Below, in pieces: positions 1-9,234 of a DNA stretch of 64,000 nucleotides. Made by a program: the position numbers and the translations under genes. Where the stretch lies: positions 3,360,001-3,424,000 of the forward strand of contig OZ253564.1 of the NCBI GenBank assembly GCA_965262915.1. The letters run 5' to 3'. Numbering within the stretch: the first letter of the stretch is position 1; the number at the start of each line of letters is the position of its first letter. The notes beneath the pieces are model-generated. The model was not told where the DNA came from, searched no databases, and worked only from the letters and a program-made list of their open reading frames with translations. The DNA is from Candidatus Spongiisociaceae bacterium. Its GTDB lineage: Bacteria > Actinomycetota > Acidimicrobiia > Spongiisociales > Spongiisociaceae.

Positions 1-30
1 CGCCAACCGCTCCCGTATCCTGGTGCGCGC

Positions 31-1272
31 ATGAGCCTCGAGAAGACCGAGGCCGGCCTGCTCGCCTACCTGGGTGAACGCAAGGACGAGATCCTCCAGT
101 TCGCCAGAGAGCTGATACGTACCCCGTCTCCCAACCCGCCGGGTGACGAGCGAGCCGTGGCCGACCTGGTCACGGCCCGGCTGGCAGCACTGGGCATCAC
201 CGAAGTCGAGCGTCTGGGAGCGTCTCCTGAGCGACCGAACCTGGTCGTCCGCATCGACGGTACCGGCGACGGTCCCACCCTGATGCTGTCGGGACACCTG
301 GACACCAAACCGGCCGGCGATCTCGACGCCTGGGAAACCGATCCGTGGGATCCGGTGTTGAGAGATGGAGATCTCGTCGGCCTGGGTTCGGGGGATATGA
401 AGGCCGCGGTGGCCGCGATGGTGTACGCACTGGGAGCGATAAGGGCATCGGGGTCCTTCGCAGGCAAGCTGGTGGCCGTCTTCACCGCCGACGAGGAAGC
501 CGGATCGGCACTCGGCTCCAAGTGGCTGGCCGACAGTGGTCTACTCGAAGCCGACGTGGCGGTGATCGGCGAGCCGAGCGGGATCGAGCGAGAGTGGGAG
601 TCGCTTCACCTGGTATCCCGGGGAGCGGCCCTGTTCAAGGTCAAGATCAGCGGAACCCAGATGCACTCCTCGATCTCGGACCGGATCAAGGGGATCAACG
701 CCACCGTCAAAATGGCCCGGCTCATCGACCGGATGGACCGTGATCTGGGCGCCTACCTCACCTACGAGCCCCACCCCTTGAGCCCCACCGGTCCCACCAT
801 CAACGTGGGCGTCATGGCCGAGGCCGGGGTGTTCTACGGGGTGTACCCGGGCAACGCCGAGTTCGCCTGCGATCTGCGCACCCTGCCCGGGATGGAGGAG
901 AAGCAGCTGATAGACGACATCAACCGGTTCCTGATGGCCGCCATGGCCGAAGATCCCGACCTGGCGGCCGAGTTGGTCTGGGAGTTGATGGTCCCGGCAA
1001 CCGAGATATCCGCCGACGAGCCGATCGTCGGGATCCTTCAGGAGACCGCCGGGGAGGTCCTCGGTCGAACGCCAAAGCTGGATGCCTTCCCCGGCGCCAC
1101 CGACGCGCCTCACTTCCAGTTGACGGCCGGGATCCCCTGCGTGGCCGCTTTCGGACCGGGGATGCTGCCTCTCGCCCACAGCCCGAACGAGTCCATGGCT
1201 GCGGAGAGCGTGTCGCAGGCCGCCGAGATCTACGCTCTCTCCTCCATCCGATACCTGGGAGTACCCGAATGA
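31..1272 (+). CDS. M20 family metallo-amidohydrolase (ArgE/DapE-like)
   Basis: Motifs SGHLDT, GLGSGDMKA, ADEE, IGEP and C-terminal AHSPNE are typical of M20A peptidases/deacylases. Confidence 0.9.
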   Translation: MSLEKTEAGLLAYLGERKDEILQFARELIRTPSPNPPGDERAVADLVTARLAALGITEVERLGASPERPNLVVRIDGTGDGPTLMLSGHLDTKPAGDLDAWETDPWDPVLRDGDLVGLGSGDMKAAVAAMVYALGAIRASGSFAGKLVAVFTADEEAGSALGSKWLADSGLLEADVAVIGEPSGIEREWESLHLVSRGAALFKVKISGTQMHSSISDRIKGINATVKMARLIDRMDRDLGAYLTYEPHPLSPTGPTINVGVMAEAGVFYGVYPGNAEFACDLRTLPGMEEKQLIDDINRFLMAAMAEDPDLAAELVWELMVPATEISADEPIVGILQETAGEVLGRTPKLDAFPGATDAPHFQLTAGIPCVAAFGPGMLPLAHSPNESMAAESVSQAAEIYALSSIRYLGVPE

Positions 1273-1940
1273 GCATTCCGCCCGCCGAACTATGCGTCCG
1301 CTATCGCCGCCTGTACGTGCCCGCGGTGTGCGACGCTCTCTACTGGATGGGTCTGCCCGAACAGGTCCTCCCCACCTATCTGAGGCCGCTGTTCCCCGAA
1401 GCCCGCATCGCCGGCATCGCCTACACGATCCAGGGAGCGCCCATCGATCCTCGCATCGGGCGCGAACCAGGAATCGAGCGGATCACCTCATACCTGGAGA
1501 TGTTCAAGGACCTGTCACCCGACAACGTGCTCATCTCGGTGAATCCGGACCGCCACGTGGGGCACTTCGGGGAGCTCACCGGCACCTCGGCCGAGCGCCA
1601 CGGCTGCGTGGGAGTCATCCTCGACGGGAATCTGAGGGACATCGAAGGCCTGCGGGAGATCGGCCTCCAGGTCTTCTACCGGGACCTGTCACCCCTCAAC
1701 GCCATCGGCCGGTGGGAGATGGTCGCCTCCCAGGTACCGGTCACGATCGGCGACGTGACGATCCACCCCGGCGACGTGGTGCTGGCCGAGTTCGATGGCA
1801 TCCTGGTGATCCCGGCCTCCGACGCCGAGCGTGTGCTGATCCGGGCGGAGGAGATCGTCGACGCCGAGGAACTGGTCCGCGAGGAGATGCAAGCCGGCGA
1901 GTCTCCCCTGTCGAGCCTGGACCGCCACGGATACATCTGA
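1269..1940 (+). CDS. RraA/HMG-CHA aldolase family protein
   Basis: AVCDAL, GHFGEL, GVILDGNLRD and VTIHPGDVVLAEFDGILVIP motifs; ATGA overlap with the upstream gene. Confidence 0.85.
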   Translation: MSIPPAELCVRYRRLYVPAVCDALYWMGLPEQVLPTYLRPLFPEARIAGIAYTIQGAPIDPRIGREPGIERITSYLEMFKDLSPDNVLISVNPDRHVGHFGELTGTSAERHGCVGVILDGNLRDIEGLREIGLQVFYRDLSPLNAIGRWEMVASQVPVTIGDVTIHPGDVVLAEFDGILVIPASDAERVLIRAEEIVDAEELVREEMQAGESPLSSLDRHGYI

Positions 1941-2010
1941 GCCGGTGGCCGGTGGTCAGTGGTGGGGTCCGGATACTCGATGGTGCTGATCGTCCTGCCC
2001 GGCTGATGCC

Positions 2011-3153
2011 ATGAGGAGAACCGGCAAGGAAGCCGCCCACATCCGGCCGATCCCGCCAGGCGCCCGCAACACCTACCTGGACATGATCCGGGGAGTCGCG
2101 ATACTGGTGATACCGGTGATGAACGTTGTCTCCTTCGGTCTCGGTACGGGTCCGTACTTCAACCTCTCGGCGGGCGGATCGGAGACCTGGTTGGACTGGC
2201 TCGTAGGCGGATTCGGCGAGATATTCGTCGACCAGAAGTTCATGGGGCTCTTCTCGCTGCTGTTCGGCGCGGGTATCGCTCTGTTCTGCGACCGGGCCGC
2301 GGAGAAGAAGCACCGACCGGCAGTGCTGAGCCTGTGGCGCAACCTGCTGCTGCTGGGCATCGGACTCCTCCACATGCAGTTGTGGGAGGGGGACATCCTC
2401 CTCGGTTATGCACTGGTATCCCCGGTGATCATCCTGCTGCGCAACCGGCGCCCGCGAACCCTGCTGATCCTGGGCGGGGCGATGCTGGTTCTGTCGCCGC
2501 TGGGCGCCATCCTGTTCCAGTCCGCCCTGCCGGGGGACGGGACCGGACTCGGAGGGTTCTGGAAGGCCGGTGCGGAAGTGACCCGTGCAGCTGGCGGCTT
2601 CCTCGTCGTGGACTTCCTGTCACGCTCGGTCGGGATGATGCTGATCGGCGTGGCCCTCTACCGGAACGGCGTGATAACCGGCACCCGCTCGGCCGCTTTC
2701 TACCGGCGGATGGCGATGGTGGGGCTGGGTGTCGGGCTTCCGCCCGCTGCCATCGGGCTGGCATGGGTGGCGGCGCGTGACTTCTCCCCCGGAGTCGCTC
2801 TGGTCGGGACCATCCCGAACACGCTGGGGACCGCCCCCGCCGTGCTGGGCTACGCCGGCCTTGTCATCCTATGGAATCGCCGATCCGAGACCTCACTGCA
2901 CGAGCGGTTGCGCTCCGTCGGCCGGATGGCACTCACCAACTACCTGACCCAGACTCTTCTGGGCATTGCGGTCCTGCGGCTCCTTCTCGCCCATGTAGAT
3001 CTGACCCGGACGATGCTGGTGGTGTTCATCGGTGCGGTCTGGGCAGCGCAGCTCTGGTGGTCGAAGGCCTGGCTGGACCGGTTCCGGTACGGCCCGGCCG
3101 AGTGGCTGTGGAGAATCGCCACGTACCGCCGCGCCCAACCGTTGATGCGATAG
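2011..3153 (+). CDS. DUF418 (YeiB-like) membrane protein
   Basis: LDMIRGVAIL, KFMGLFSLLFGAG, GDILLGYA, GRMALTNYLTQT and FRYGPAEWLWR signatures. Confidence 0.9.
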   Translation: MRRTGKEAAHIRPIPPGARNTYLDMIRGVAILVIPVMNVVSFGLGTGPYFNLSAGGSETWLDWLVGGFGEIFVDQKFMGLFSLLFGAGIALFCDRAAEKKHRPAVLSLWRNLLLLGIGLLHMQLWEGDILLGYALVSPVIILLRNRRPRTLLILGGAMLVLSPLGAILFQSALPGDGTGLGGFWKAGAEVTRAAGGFLVVDFLSRSVGMMLIGVALYRNGVITGTRSAAFYRRMAMVGLGVGLPPAAIGLAWVAARDFSPGVALVGTIPNTLGTAPAVLGYAGLVILWNRRSETSLHERLRSVGRMALTNYLTQTLLGIAVLRLLLAHVDLTRTMLVVFIGAVWAAQLWWSKAWLDRFRYGPAEWLWRIATYRRAQPLMR

Positions 3154-3303
3154 CCTCGATATCTCTTGGGGGCGGGCTCACCGTTGCCAGTCCCACCGAT
3201 CGGAAGCCCATGCCCCGCGGACCGTGTGATCCGGCTCGGAGATCGCCTTGTTCGTGGAGGTTCTGTGACCCTCCTCCGGTCGCCTTGTAACGGGGTCTCT
3301 CCA

Positions 3304-3936
3304 TCAAACGATTCGGCCGGCGATGTCGAGTGCGGCTACCAGGTCGGCGGCGGTAGCCACTCGGCTCCCGAAGCGGGATGCACCCGCAGCCGTAGCGGCC
3401 ACGCCCACGAAGCCGCACCCGGCATCAGCGACGGCCTCGGAATCCCACGTGGAGTCGCCGATCATCACGGAGTCGGAAGGAGCCACCCCAAGCAACCGGC
3501 ATGCATCGATGATCTGGTCGCCGGCCGGCTTGGGCCGGAGGTCCGGACGGCGGGCAACCAGCACCGAGATGTCCACCCCGTGGCGGCGGAGCACCGCCCG
3601 TGCCGCCTCCTCGGATACGAGCGTCACCACCGCCGCCGGCCGGTGCCGGACAAGTGGGAGAGCCCCGGCGAGGCGCGGCATGGGTCGTGAACTCGGAACC
3701 CCAGCAACCTCGTGGCCGGCCATGAGGTCGGAGACCTCTGACCAGCGGGGATCACCGCTCAGGGCCACCAGGATCGACATGCAGCGCCGTGTGGGCGCAT
3801 CCCAATCGGTCGCGGGGGCCGCAGCGTCGTCCCAGAACCCGATCGAAACCTCCACATCCGCCAGCGCTGCCGCGTAGTCGGTGTAGGTCTGGAGATCCAC
3901 CAGGGTACGGTCCGGGTCGAACAGCACCGGTCTCAT
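3304..3936 (-). CDS. HAD-superfamily hydrolase
   Basis: Motif I LFDPDRTLVD, KP motif, motif IV MIGDSTWD. Confidence 0.8.
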   Translation of the reverse strand: MRPVLFDPDRTLVDLQTYTDYAAALADVEVSIGFWDDAAAPATDWDAPTRRCMSILVALSGDPRWSEVSDLMAGHEVAGVPSSRPMPRLAGALPLVRHRPAAVVTLVSEEAARAVLRRHGVDISVLVARRPDLRPKPAGDQIIDACRLLGVAPSDSVMIGDSTWDSEAVADAGCGFVGVAATAAGASRFGSRVATAADLVAALDIAGRIV

Positions 3937-4054
3937 CAGGTCACCGTCTCGGCGGTCACCCCACGACCCAGCCGGCGGCGCGGTCCGCCCGTGAACGCAG
4001 TCGCTCCTATCCTGGTGGATTCACGTTCGCTAGACGAGGAAGGTGATCCGGACC

Positions 4055-4252
4055 ATGGCACGCCTCAGCATCTACCTTCCCGATGACCTGGCGAGAGAGG
4101 CTCAGGCGGCGGCTCTCGACATATCGGAAGTCACTCGCGAGGCGGTGGAGCGTGCCCTCGCCGCACCCTGGGCCGATGCCTGGCTGGAGGACCTGGAAGC
4201 GGCGCCGCCCGCCATACATCGCCCGGCAGGCCCGGGTTCGTCCATCACCTAA
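4055..4252 (+). CDS. Type II TA antitoxin (CcdA/RHH-like), no adjacent toxin
   Basis: MARLSIYLPDDLAREAQAAALDISEVTREAVERAL is a ribbon-helix-helix pattern; GAGGAAGG lies upstream. Confidence 0.7.
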   Translation: MARLSIYLPDDLAREAQAAALDISEVTREAVERALAAPWADAWLEDLEAAPPAIHRPAGPGSSIT

Positions 4253-4304
4253 CTTCCCCGAGCCGCGTCACCGGCCAACCTCACGGCCGGGCGACGGGTA
4301 CAGC

Positions 4305-4700
4305 TCAACTCGGTGGAAACTTGACCACCCGCCTGGGTACGATCTTGCAGATCACCCGCTCGGAGATGATGGGCTGCGGGTACTCGTCCACCCCCAGGTA
4401 CTTGTGAGCCAACGCATCGATATGCGACCGTGCCACGGGACCCGTGACGGTGTCGGTGACCTCGCCCCGCACCTCCACGTAGGACCACGGATCGTCCCGA
4501 TGGACGATCAGCACGGTGACGGTGGGGTTGGCCACCATGTTCTTGAACTTGCGCCGGTGAACCTCCGTGTTGATCAATATGTGGTCCTCGTCTGCATCCA
4601 CCCACATCACATGCACCTGGAGCGTCCCATCGGGCATGACAGTGGCCAGGGATGCGAAGTTAGGGCCACGCGCCAACCGCAGCGTCTGGTCGTCGAGCAT
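4305..4700 (-). CDS. PPOX-class F420-dependent oxidoreductase
   Basis: FASLATVMPDG, MWVD, KFKNMVANPTV, YVEVRG and LAHKYLG motifs; GGAGG RBS before the ATG at 4700. Confidence 0.9.
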   Translation of the reverse strand: MLDDQTLRLARGPNFASLATVMPDGTLQVHVMWVDADEDHILINTEVHRRKFKNMVANPTVTVLIVHRDDPWSYVEVRGEVTDTVTGPVARSHIDALAHKYLGVDEYPQPIISERVICKIVPRRVVKFPPS

Positions 4701-4809
4701 CACCACCTCCATCAGGCTGAGTTTCCTGGCACCGACCACCCGCAATATCGCAACGGACAGTCGGCCAACCACCGCCTGATCCTTGTACGAACCCCTTTCG
4801 AGAGCAAAC

Positions 4810-5016
4810 CGAACCCAGCACCGCCAACACCCGGGCCATCCGGTCGATCGAGGCGTCGCGGCGGTCGGCCGTGGCGGTCCCGATGGGAACACCGGCCAGG
4901 GCAACCAAGCAGAACCGCGTAGAAGGCCAGTTCCAGGGACGTCGGCAACCGTCGAAGCAACTCCTCGGTCACTTCCCCACCCGTACGGATCGAGGTTCCC
5001 AAGGAAGCCGATCGGT
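4810..5016 (-). pseudogene. Internal fragment of a DppB/OppB-type ABC permease abutting IS630
   Basis: Reads LGTSIRTGGEVTEELLRRLPTSLELAFYA, then after a frame change LAGVPIGTATADRRDASIDRMARVLAVLG; resembles the intact permease at 38724. Confidence 0.7.
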
Positions 5017-6147
5017 CTAGTGTCCTGATTCGGGGATTCGTTGTAGATAGTTGGTGAGGTTGTCGAAGATTTGGTCGGCGGTTTTGTGCCAGATGAAGGG
5101 TTTGGGGTTTTGGTTCCAGTGTTGGGTCCATTGGTTGATGGCGTCGGTGAGTTCGGCTACGGATCGGTGGGTGCCTCGGCGTATCTGTTTGGTGGTGAGT
5201 TCGGAGAACCATCGCTCGACGAGGTTCATCCACGACGCGTAGGTGGGTGTGAAATGGAACGTGAACCGTGGATGGCGTTGCAGCCAGCGCCCTATGGGTT
5301 CGGTTTTGTGGGGCGACGCGTTGTCCAACACGACATGGACGTCGAGTTCTGATGGGACTTCGCGGTTGATGAGGTTTAGGAACGTCTGGAATTTGTGGGT
5401 GCGGTTGCGTCGTGTCATGGAGGTGATGACCCGGCCGGTGGCCGTGTCGAGCGCGGCCCCGAGGTTGGTGGTCCCATACCGGCGGTAGTCGTGGGTGCGC
5501 CGCTGGGGGGTTCCGGGCAACAGGGGCAGGATCGGCGCGGTGCGGTCGAGGGCCTGTATCTGGGATTTGTGGTCCACACACAGCACCACCGCCGCGTCGG
5601 GCGGGTTCAGGTACAAACCCGCCAGGTCGCGGACCTTTTCCACGAACTGGGGGTCGGGAGATATCTTGAAATGCTCGGTCCGGTGCGGCTTGAGACCGAA
5701 CGCCCGCCATATTCTTAGGATCGACGACTGGGACAGGCCCACGGCCCTCGCCATGGACCGGGTCGACCAGTGCGTCGCGTCTCTCGGTGTTTCCTCCAGC
5801 GTCTTGACCACCACTTCTTCTACCTTGGCGTCGTCGATGCGGCGGGGCGGCCCGGGGCGGGGATTGTCGTAGAGGCCGTCGAGACGGCGCCGGGCGAAAC
5901 GGTTCCGCCACTTCGAGACCGTAACCCCGCTGCAGCCCACCTCCGCTGCGATGTCCACATTGGTGCGGCCTTCGGCCGCTCCCAGCACGATACGAGACCG
6001 CATCGCTAACCCTTGTGCGGTGCTACGCCGCCGTATCCACCGCTCCAGCGTCTGCCGTTCCTCTTCATCCAGCTCGATAACCACTGCTTTACGACCCCGC
6101 TGCTTCTCCATACGCTGCTCCAACCACTGACTGACACTGACCTGCAT
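5017..6147 (-). CDS. IS630 family transposase
   Basis: N-terminal HTH (VSKWRNRF, RPGPP, HWSTRSMA) and DDE triad (CVDHK, VLDNAS, MNLVERWF); the stop codon includes the target TA. Confidence 0.95.
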   Translation of the reverse strand: MQVSVSQWLEQRMEKQRGRKAVVIELDEEERQTLERWIRRRSTAQGLAMRSRIVLGAAEGRTNVDIAAEVGCSGVTVSKWRNRFARRRLDGLYDNPRPGPPRRIDDAKVEEVVVKTLEETPRDATHWSTRSMARAVGLSQSSILRIWRAFGLKPHRTEHFKISPDPQFVEKVRDLAGLYLNPPDAAVVLCVDHKSQIQALDRTAPILPLLPGTPQRRTHDYRRYGTTNLGAALDTATGRVITSMTRRNRTHKFQTFLNLINREVPSELDVHVVLDNASPHKTEPIGRWLQRHPRFTFHFTPTYASWMNLVERWFSELTTKQIRRGTHRSVAELTDAINQWTQHWNQNPKPFIWHKTADQIFDNLTNYLQRIPESGH

Positions 6148-6189
6148 ATTCTAGCAGAATATGGCAAAGAAACTAAGGAATCAGGACAC
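5020..6189 (-). mobile_element. IS630-family insertion sequence
   Basis: Terminal inverted repeats GTGTCCTGATTC (5020-5031) and GAATCAGGACAC (6178-6189); flanking TA at 5018-5019 and 6190-6191, both in CTAG context. Confidence 0.92.
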
Positions 6190-6410
6190 TAGGAGAGTGC
6201 TGAGCAATCCACCCGCGGCCCGCCACTCAACCGTAAAATGCCTGGTCGGTGAGTGGCGAGCCTTCAGCAATCGTCATTGGTCAGCATTCTCCTAGGACGC
6301 CGGTCCTCTGATCTTTGATCCGAACTCTGAACTGCTAACAGTTTATAACTTATAGACACCACTAGTCTATTTCGTCATATATCTATCAAAGCGTTACTAG
6401 CATCCTACCG

Positions 6411-6821
6411 ATGAACATCGACGAAGCCCAGGGATTCATCGCAGGCAATCACCGGGGGATCCTGCTCACATACCGTTCCGATGGAACCGCCCAGATGTCC
6501 CCGATCATCGCCGGGGTAGACGCAGACGGCCACGTCATCGTTTCGAGCAGGGAAACGGCATACAAAGTTAAGAACCTGGCTCGTGATCCACGTACCTCTA
6601 TGTGCATGTTCACCGACGGTTTCTTCGGAGGGTGGGTCCAGGTAGACGGCAGCGCCGAGATAGTCACTCTTCCCGATGCCATGGAACCCCTGGTCGACTA
6701 CTACCGAAGCCTTTCGGGGGAGCATTCGAACTGGGATGAGTACCGGGATGCTATGCGCAAGGAGCGTCGGGTCCTCATCCGGATCTCAATCGAGCGGGCG
6801 GGGCCGACCAAATTCGGATGA
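6411..6821 (+). CDS. PPOX-class F420-dependent oxidoreductase
   Basis: GILLTYRSDGTAQMSP, KVKNLARDPR, WVQVDG and GEHSNWDEYRDAM motifs. Confidence 0.9.
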   Translation: MNIDEAQGFIAGNHRGILLTYRSDGTAQMSPIIAGVDADGHVIVSSRETAYKVKNLARDPRTSMCMFTDGFFGGWVQVDGSAEIVTLPDAMEPLVDYYRSLSGEHSNWDEYRDAMRKERRVLIRISIERAGPTKFG

Positions 6822-7261
6822 ACTCCCCTCCTGTCGAGGATCTACGATCCGAAGACGGAGGGCTCGGCTGTCGTGCCTCTACCCCCTTCGGGTTTCCCTC
6901 CCACCCGCCGCCTCCTGTCCAAGCCGGAGAGGCGAGCGGGCACAGGCCCGCCCGAACCCCGGTTTTGCGGTAGTCGGCTCGACGCTCGTCCGTGGGAAGC
7001 GTTATCCGAATGGACCCCTTCCCAGAAGCGAGACTTGGTGATGGTCGCTGCGGTCCGGACCGCACCGATACTTGTGTGGTGTCAAATATGCGTGTTTCGC
7101 GGTGGGTATTCAAGCCCCGCGATCCGGTTCCGCACGACAAGTTTTCGGGTCTTGTACCTTGTCGTGAATGGAGATGCACTTCGCCTGCCCCGACGAATCG
7201 AGCCTGCCTGAGAGCGATAGGAGCCGAAAGCCTCCGTCAGATGCCTGGCCGGACGGTCCGT

Positions 7262-8140
7262 TCAGAGACCGCTCGACTCTCGGACCAGGTTGTAGATGGC
7301 GGTCCAGTCCATACGGCCCATGCCTTGGTGGTGCGCCGAGTCGTAGAACGGAAGGGCGGCCACTCCCATGGCTCGGGAGGCGTTGGCACCGGCGCTCATC
7401 TGCAGGGCGAGGCCGAGGTCCTTGCGGGCCAGGTCGACCGCAAAACCGGGCTCGAGGTCGCCGGCCAGTACCTTGGCGGGGTATGTGGTGGCGAGGTGGC
7501 CCCGCCCGGCGGTGGTTCCCATGAGAACCTCGATGGCGATGTCCCGGTCGAGGCCCGCGCCCTCGGCTATGGCGAGCGCCTCGGCCACCACGACATTGGA
7601 CACGATGGACAGGTAGTTGTTGACCAGCTTGGTTCTGATTCCGGCCCCTCGGGGACCGCAGTGGACGATCGTGTCCCCCATGCACTCCAGGACGGGACGG
7701 GCCCGATCCACGTCGTGCGGGTCGCCGCCCACCATGATCAGCAGGGTTCCATCCTCCGCCTCTTTCGATGTCCGGCCAACCGGCGCGTCGATCATCCTGC
7801 GGCCCTCCGACTCCAGACGCTCGGCGGTCGCATCGAAGTGGGCAGGCAGGCCGGTGCTCATGTCGATGAGAAGCGAATCCCGGGCGAGGGTGCCGGCGAT
7901 CCCCCCCGCGCCGAACACGGCCTCTGCCACGTGTTCACCGGTGGGCAGCATCGTGATCACGAACTCGGCGCCTGCGGCGACGTGCTCGGCGGAGTCGGCC
8001 ACCCCGGCGCCGTCCCGCCCGACGGTCTCGACCGCGGCCCGGTTAAGGTCGAAGGCCCGTACCTGGTGACCTGCTCCTACCAGGTTGCGGGCCATAGGAA
8101 GGCCCATGACACCCACGCCGACGAAACCGACCTTGCTCAT
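7262..8140 (-). CDS. yihU: Sulfolactaldehyde 3-reductase-like beta-hydroxyacid dehydrogenase
   Basis: Rossmann GVGVMG; DAPVGRT (GRT sulfonate pocket instead of the usual SGG); KLVNNYLS and PAKVLAGDLEP recall E. coli YihU. Confidence 0.75.
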   Translation of the reverse strand: MSKVGFVGVGVMGLPMARNLVGAGHQVRAFDLNRAAVETVGRDGAGVADSAEHVAAGAEFVITMLPTGEHVAEAVFGAGGIAGTLARDSLLIDMSTGLPAHFDATAERLESEGRRMIDAPVGRTSKEAEDGTLLIMVGGDPHDVDRARPVLECMGDTIVHCGPRGAGIRTKLVNNYLSIVSNVVVAEALAIAEGAGLDRDIAIEVLMGTTAGRGHLATTYPAKVLAGDLEPGFAVDLARKDLGLALQMSAGANASRAMGVAALPFYDSAHHQGMGRMDWTAIYNLVRESSGL

Positions 8141-8252
8141 CCCTGTTCCTCCCTGCCGAGTTGCGGCCACCGCCTGCCCGGGCGGCGGGATCGACGGCCC
8201 CATGTCACCGGGTTGGCGCACCGCCTCCGTCACCGTGTAGTTTCATCGGTCC

Positions 8253-9179
8253 ATGACAGCATCGCCAGATCACGAACAGATCCGGATCCCGGGAGGGGAG
8301 TTCCTCATGGGATCCGACGACCACTACCACGAGGAGCGTCCGGCTCGGATGGTAAAGGTGGACTCGTTCCGGATGGACACCTATCCGGTGACCAACCGCC
8401 GGTTCCGGGACTTCGTGGACGCCACCGGCTACGTGACCATCGCCGAGCGGCCTCTCGACCCCGTCCTCTACGCGGGCGCGCGGCTCCAGGACCTGGTTCC
8501 GGGCTCGCTCGTGTTCGTGATGACGGACGGACCCGTGGACCTGGGGGACTTCCGGAACTGGTGGGCGTGGGTACCCGGGGCTAAATGGGCCCGACCGTTC
8601 GGACCGGGCTCCTCGCTGGACGGACTCGAGGACCATCCCGTAGTGCATGCCGCCTACCCCGACGCGGTCGCCTATGCCCGGTGGGCGGGCATGCGCCTCC
8701 CGTCGGAGGCCGAGTGGGAGTACGCCGCCCGGGGCGGGTTGGTTGGCGTCGAGTTCGCGTGGGGTGACGAGGATCTCCAGGAGACCGCGCCTCTCGCCAA
8801 CACCTGGCAGGGACGCTTCCCGTACGAGAACACCGAAGTCGACGGATGGACCCGCACCAGCCCGGTCGGTTACTACCAACCCAACGGGTACGGGCTCCAC
8901 GACATGACGGGCAACGTATGGGAGTGGACCTCCACCCCTTACTACGAGCCTCCCTCCCGGACACCCGGGCGACGACGCTGCTGCGGGCCCCCGAAGGCCG
9001 GCGCCCTCTCCGCGGCGGACGACCCCGGACCCTTCCCGTCCCGGACCATCAAAGGCGGGTCGCACCTGTGCACCACCCAGTACTGCTTCCGCTACCGGCC
9101 CGCGGCCCGCCAGCCCCAGACGATCGACACCTCGACCAGCCATCTCGGGTTTCGCTGCGTGGCCCGGGGCCGTTCGTGA
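8253..9179 (+). CDS. Formylglycine-generating enzyme (sulfatase-modifying factor)
   Basis: RLPSEAEWEYAARGG, DMTGNVWEW, catalytic-type KGGSHLCxxxYCFRYRPAAR and GFRC. Confidence 0.92.
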   Translation: MTASPDHEQIRIPGGEFLMGSDDHYHEERPARMVKVDSFRMDTYPVTNRRFRDFVDATGYVTIAERPLDPVLYAGARLQDLVPGSLVFVMTDGPVDLGDFRNWWAWVPGAKWARPFGPGSSLDGLEDHPVVHAAYPDAVAYARWAGMRLPSEAEWEYAARGGLVGVEFAWGDEDLQETAPLANTWQGRFPYENTEVDGWTRTSPVGYYQPNGYGLHDMTGNVWEWTSTPYYEPPSRTPGRRRCCGPPKAGALSAADDPGPFPSRTIKGGSHLCTTQYCFRYRPAARQPQTIDTSTSHLGFRCVARGRS

Positions 9180-9234
9180 GCCCCCCGGCCGGATGGGAGA
9201 ACCCCGCCCGGCAGGCCGGTAGAATCCGGCGTTC

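Noticed and set aside
5020-6189. IS630 as the autonomous partner of the MITE family
   Set aside because: Its ends (GTGTCCTGATTC) share nothing with the MITE ends (GAGGGTG), and one MITE has a CCGG target.
6992-8584. Long ORFs such as 6992-8584, 10 kb-region antisense ORFs, 24641-25906, 29692-30771 and 42846-44174
   Set aside because: They are antisense or off-frame shadows of real genes in high-GC DNA, or read-through from a fragment, with no family motifs of their own.
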